From NCBI RefSeq assembly GCF_024502345.1, contig NZ_JALDNN010000001.1: a stretch of DNA of 64,000 nucleotides, one strand, 5' to 3'. The stretch is from Escherichia coli. Its GTDB lineage: Bacteria > Pseudomonadota > Gammaproteobacteria > Enterobacterales > Enterobacteriaceae. The translations under genes and the position numbers were made by a program. The notes under the pieces were generated by a model. That model was given only the letters and a program-made list of their open reading frames with translations, was not told the DNA's origin and did not search any database. This document shows positions 63,051 to 64,000 of this stretch, piece after piece. Position 1 is the stretch's first letter, and each line of letters opens with the position of its first letter.

Positions 63051-64000
63051 ATGTCTGCTTCGTCATTATCATTGCCGCAGGGCAAGAGCGTCTCGCTCAA
63101 ACAATTTGTCAGTCGCCATATTAATGAGATCGGTTTGCTGGTGGTAATCGCCATTCTTTATCTGGTCTTCTCCCTGAACGCGCCTGGCTTTATCTCATTG
63201 AATAACCAGATGAACGTGCTGCGCGATGCCGCCACCATTGGGATTGCCGCCTGGGCGATGACGCTGATTATTATCTCCGGTGAAATTGATGTCAGCGTTG
63301 GGCCGATGGTGGCTTTTGTCTCGGTGTGCCTGGCATTTTTGCTGCAATTTGAAGTTCCGCTGGCGGTGGCGTGTCTGCTGGTGTTGCTGTTAGGCGCGCT
63401 GATGGGAACGCTCGCCGGGGTGCTGCGCGGCGTGTTTAACGTACCAAGTTTCGTTGCCACACTGGGGCTGTGGAGCGCCCTGCGCGGAATGGGGCTGTTT
63501 ATGACCAACGCACTGCCAGTGCCGATTGACGAAAACGAGGTGCTGGACTGGCTGGGCGGACAATTTCTCGGTGTGCCAGTATCCGCGCTGATCATGATGG
63601 TGTTGTTTGCGCTGTTTGTGTTCATTAGCCGAAAAACCGCCTTCGGGCGCTCGGTTTTTGCCGTTGGCGGTAATGCCACGGCGGCGCAGTTGTGCGGTAT
63701 TAACGTTCGTCGGGTGCGCATTCTTATCTTTACCCTTTCGGGATTATTAGCGGCGGTGACCGGCATTTTGCTGGCGGCACGCCTCGGTTCCGGTAACGCA
63801 GGTGCCGCAAACGGTCTGGAGTTTGACGTCATCGCTGCGGTCGTGGTCGGCGGTACGGCACTTTCCGGCGGTCGCGGTTCCCTGTTCGGTACATTGCTTG
63901 GTGTGCTGGTGATTACGCTAATCGGTAACGGTCTGGTGCTGCTCGGTATTAACTCCTTTTTCCAGCAGGTGGTACGCGGCGTCATCATCGTGGTGGCGGT
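63051..64000 (+). CDS. yphD: ABC transporter permease (ribose/xylose-type), C-terminus beyond window end
   Basis: ATG at 63051; translation MSASSLSLPQGKSVSLKQFVSRHINEIGLLVVIAILYLVFSLNAPGF... stays open to the window end; multi-pass membrane protein; not in the ORF track because no stop is reached. Confidence 0.82.
   Translation, partial: MSASSLSLPQGKSVSLKQFVSRHINEIGLLVVIAILYLVFSLNAPGFISLNNQMNVLRDAATIGIAAWAMTLIIISGEIDVSVGPMVAFVSVCLAFLLQFEVPLAVACLLVLLLGALMGTLAGVLRGVFNVPSFVATLGLWSALRGMGLFMTNALPVPIDENEVLDWLGGQFLGVPVSALIMMVLFALFVFISRKTAFGRSVFAVGGNATAAQLCGINVRRVRILIFTLSGLLAAVTGILLAARLGSGNAGAANGLEFDVIAAVVVGGTALSGGRGSLFGTLLGVLVITLIGNGLVLLGINSFFQQVVRGVIIVVA

Overview
The window is a contiguous stretch of Escherichia coli-type core chromosome, collinear with the K-12 pheA–clpB–rrnG–rpoE–rnc–purL–glyA–yph region (about 57–58 min) but in inverted orientation. 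Calls rest on my recognition of well-known E. coli proteins in the supplied ORF translations and on motifs read directly from the sequence; no database search or folding was run. Many ORF-track entries are N-terminally over-extended, so I moved starts to the internal ATG/TTG/GTG that restores the canonical protein length and has a Shine-Dalgarno. Content: about 50 housekeeping genes, one complete rRNA operon (16S, tRNA-Glu, 23S, 5S), the GlmY sRNA locus, the shoB type I toxin ORF (26 aa, absent from the ORF track), two BIME/REP repeats and assorted promoters, operators and terminators. The only clearly accessory feature is a 1057-bp IS903-family insertion sequence with 18-bp inverted repeats and a 9-bp target duplication that splits yphF. 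I found no CRISPR array, prophage, defence island or other evidence of an undescribed system; the least-characterised DNA is the yphH–yphG–yphFED cluster and the yfhL–yfhH pair.
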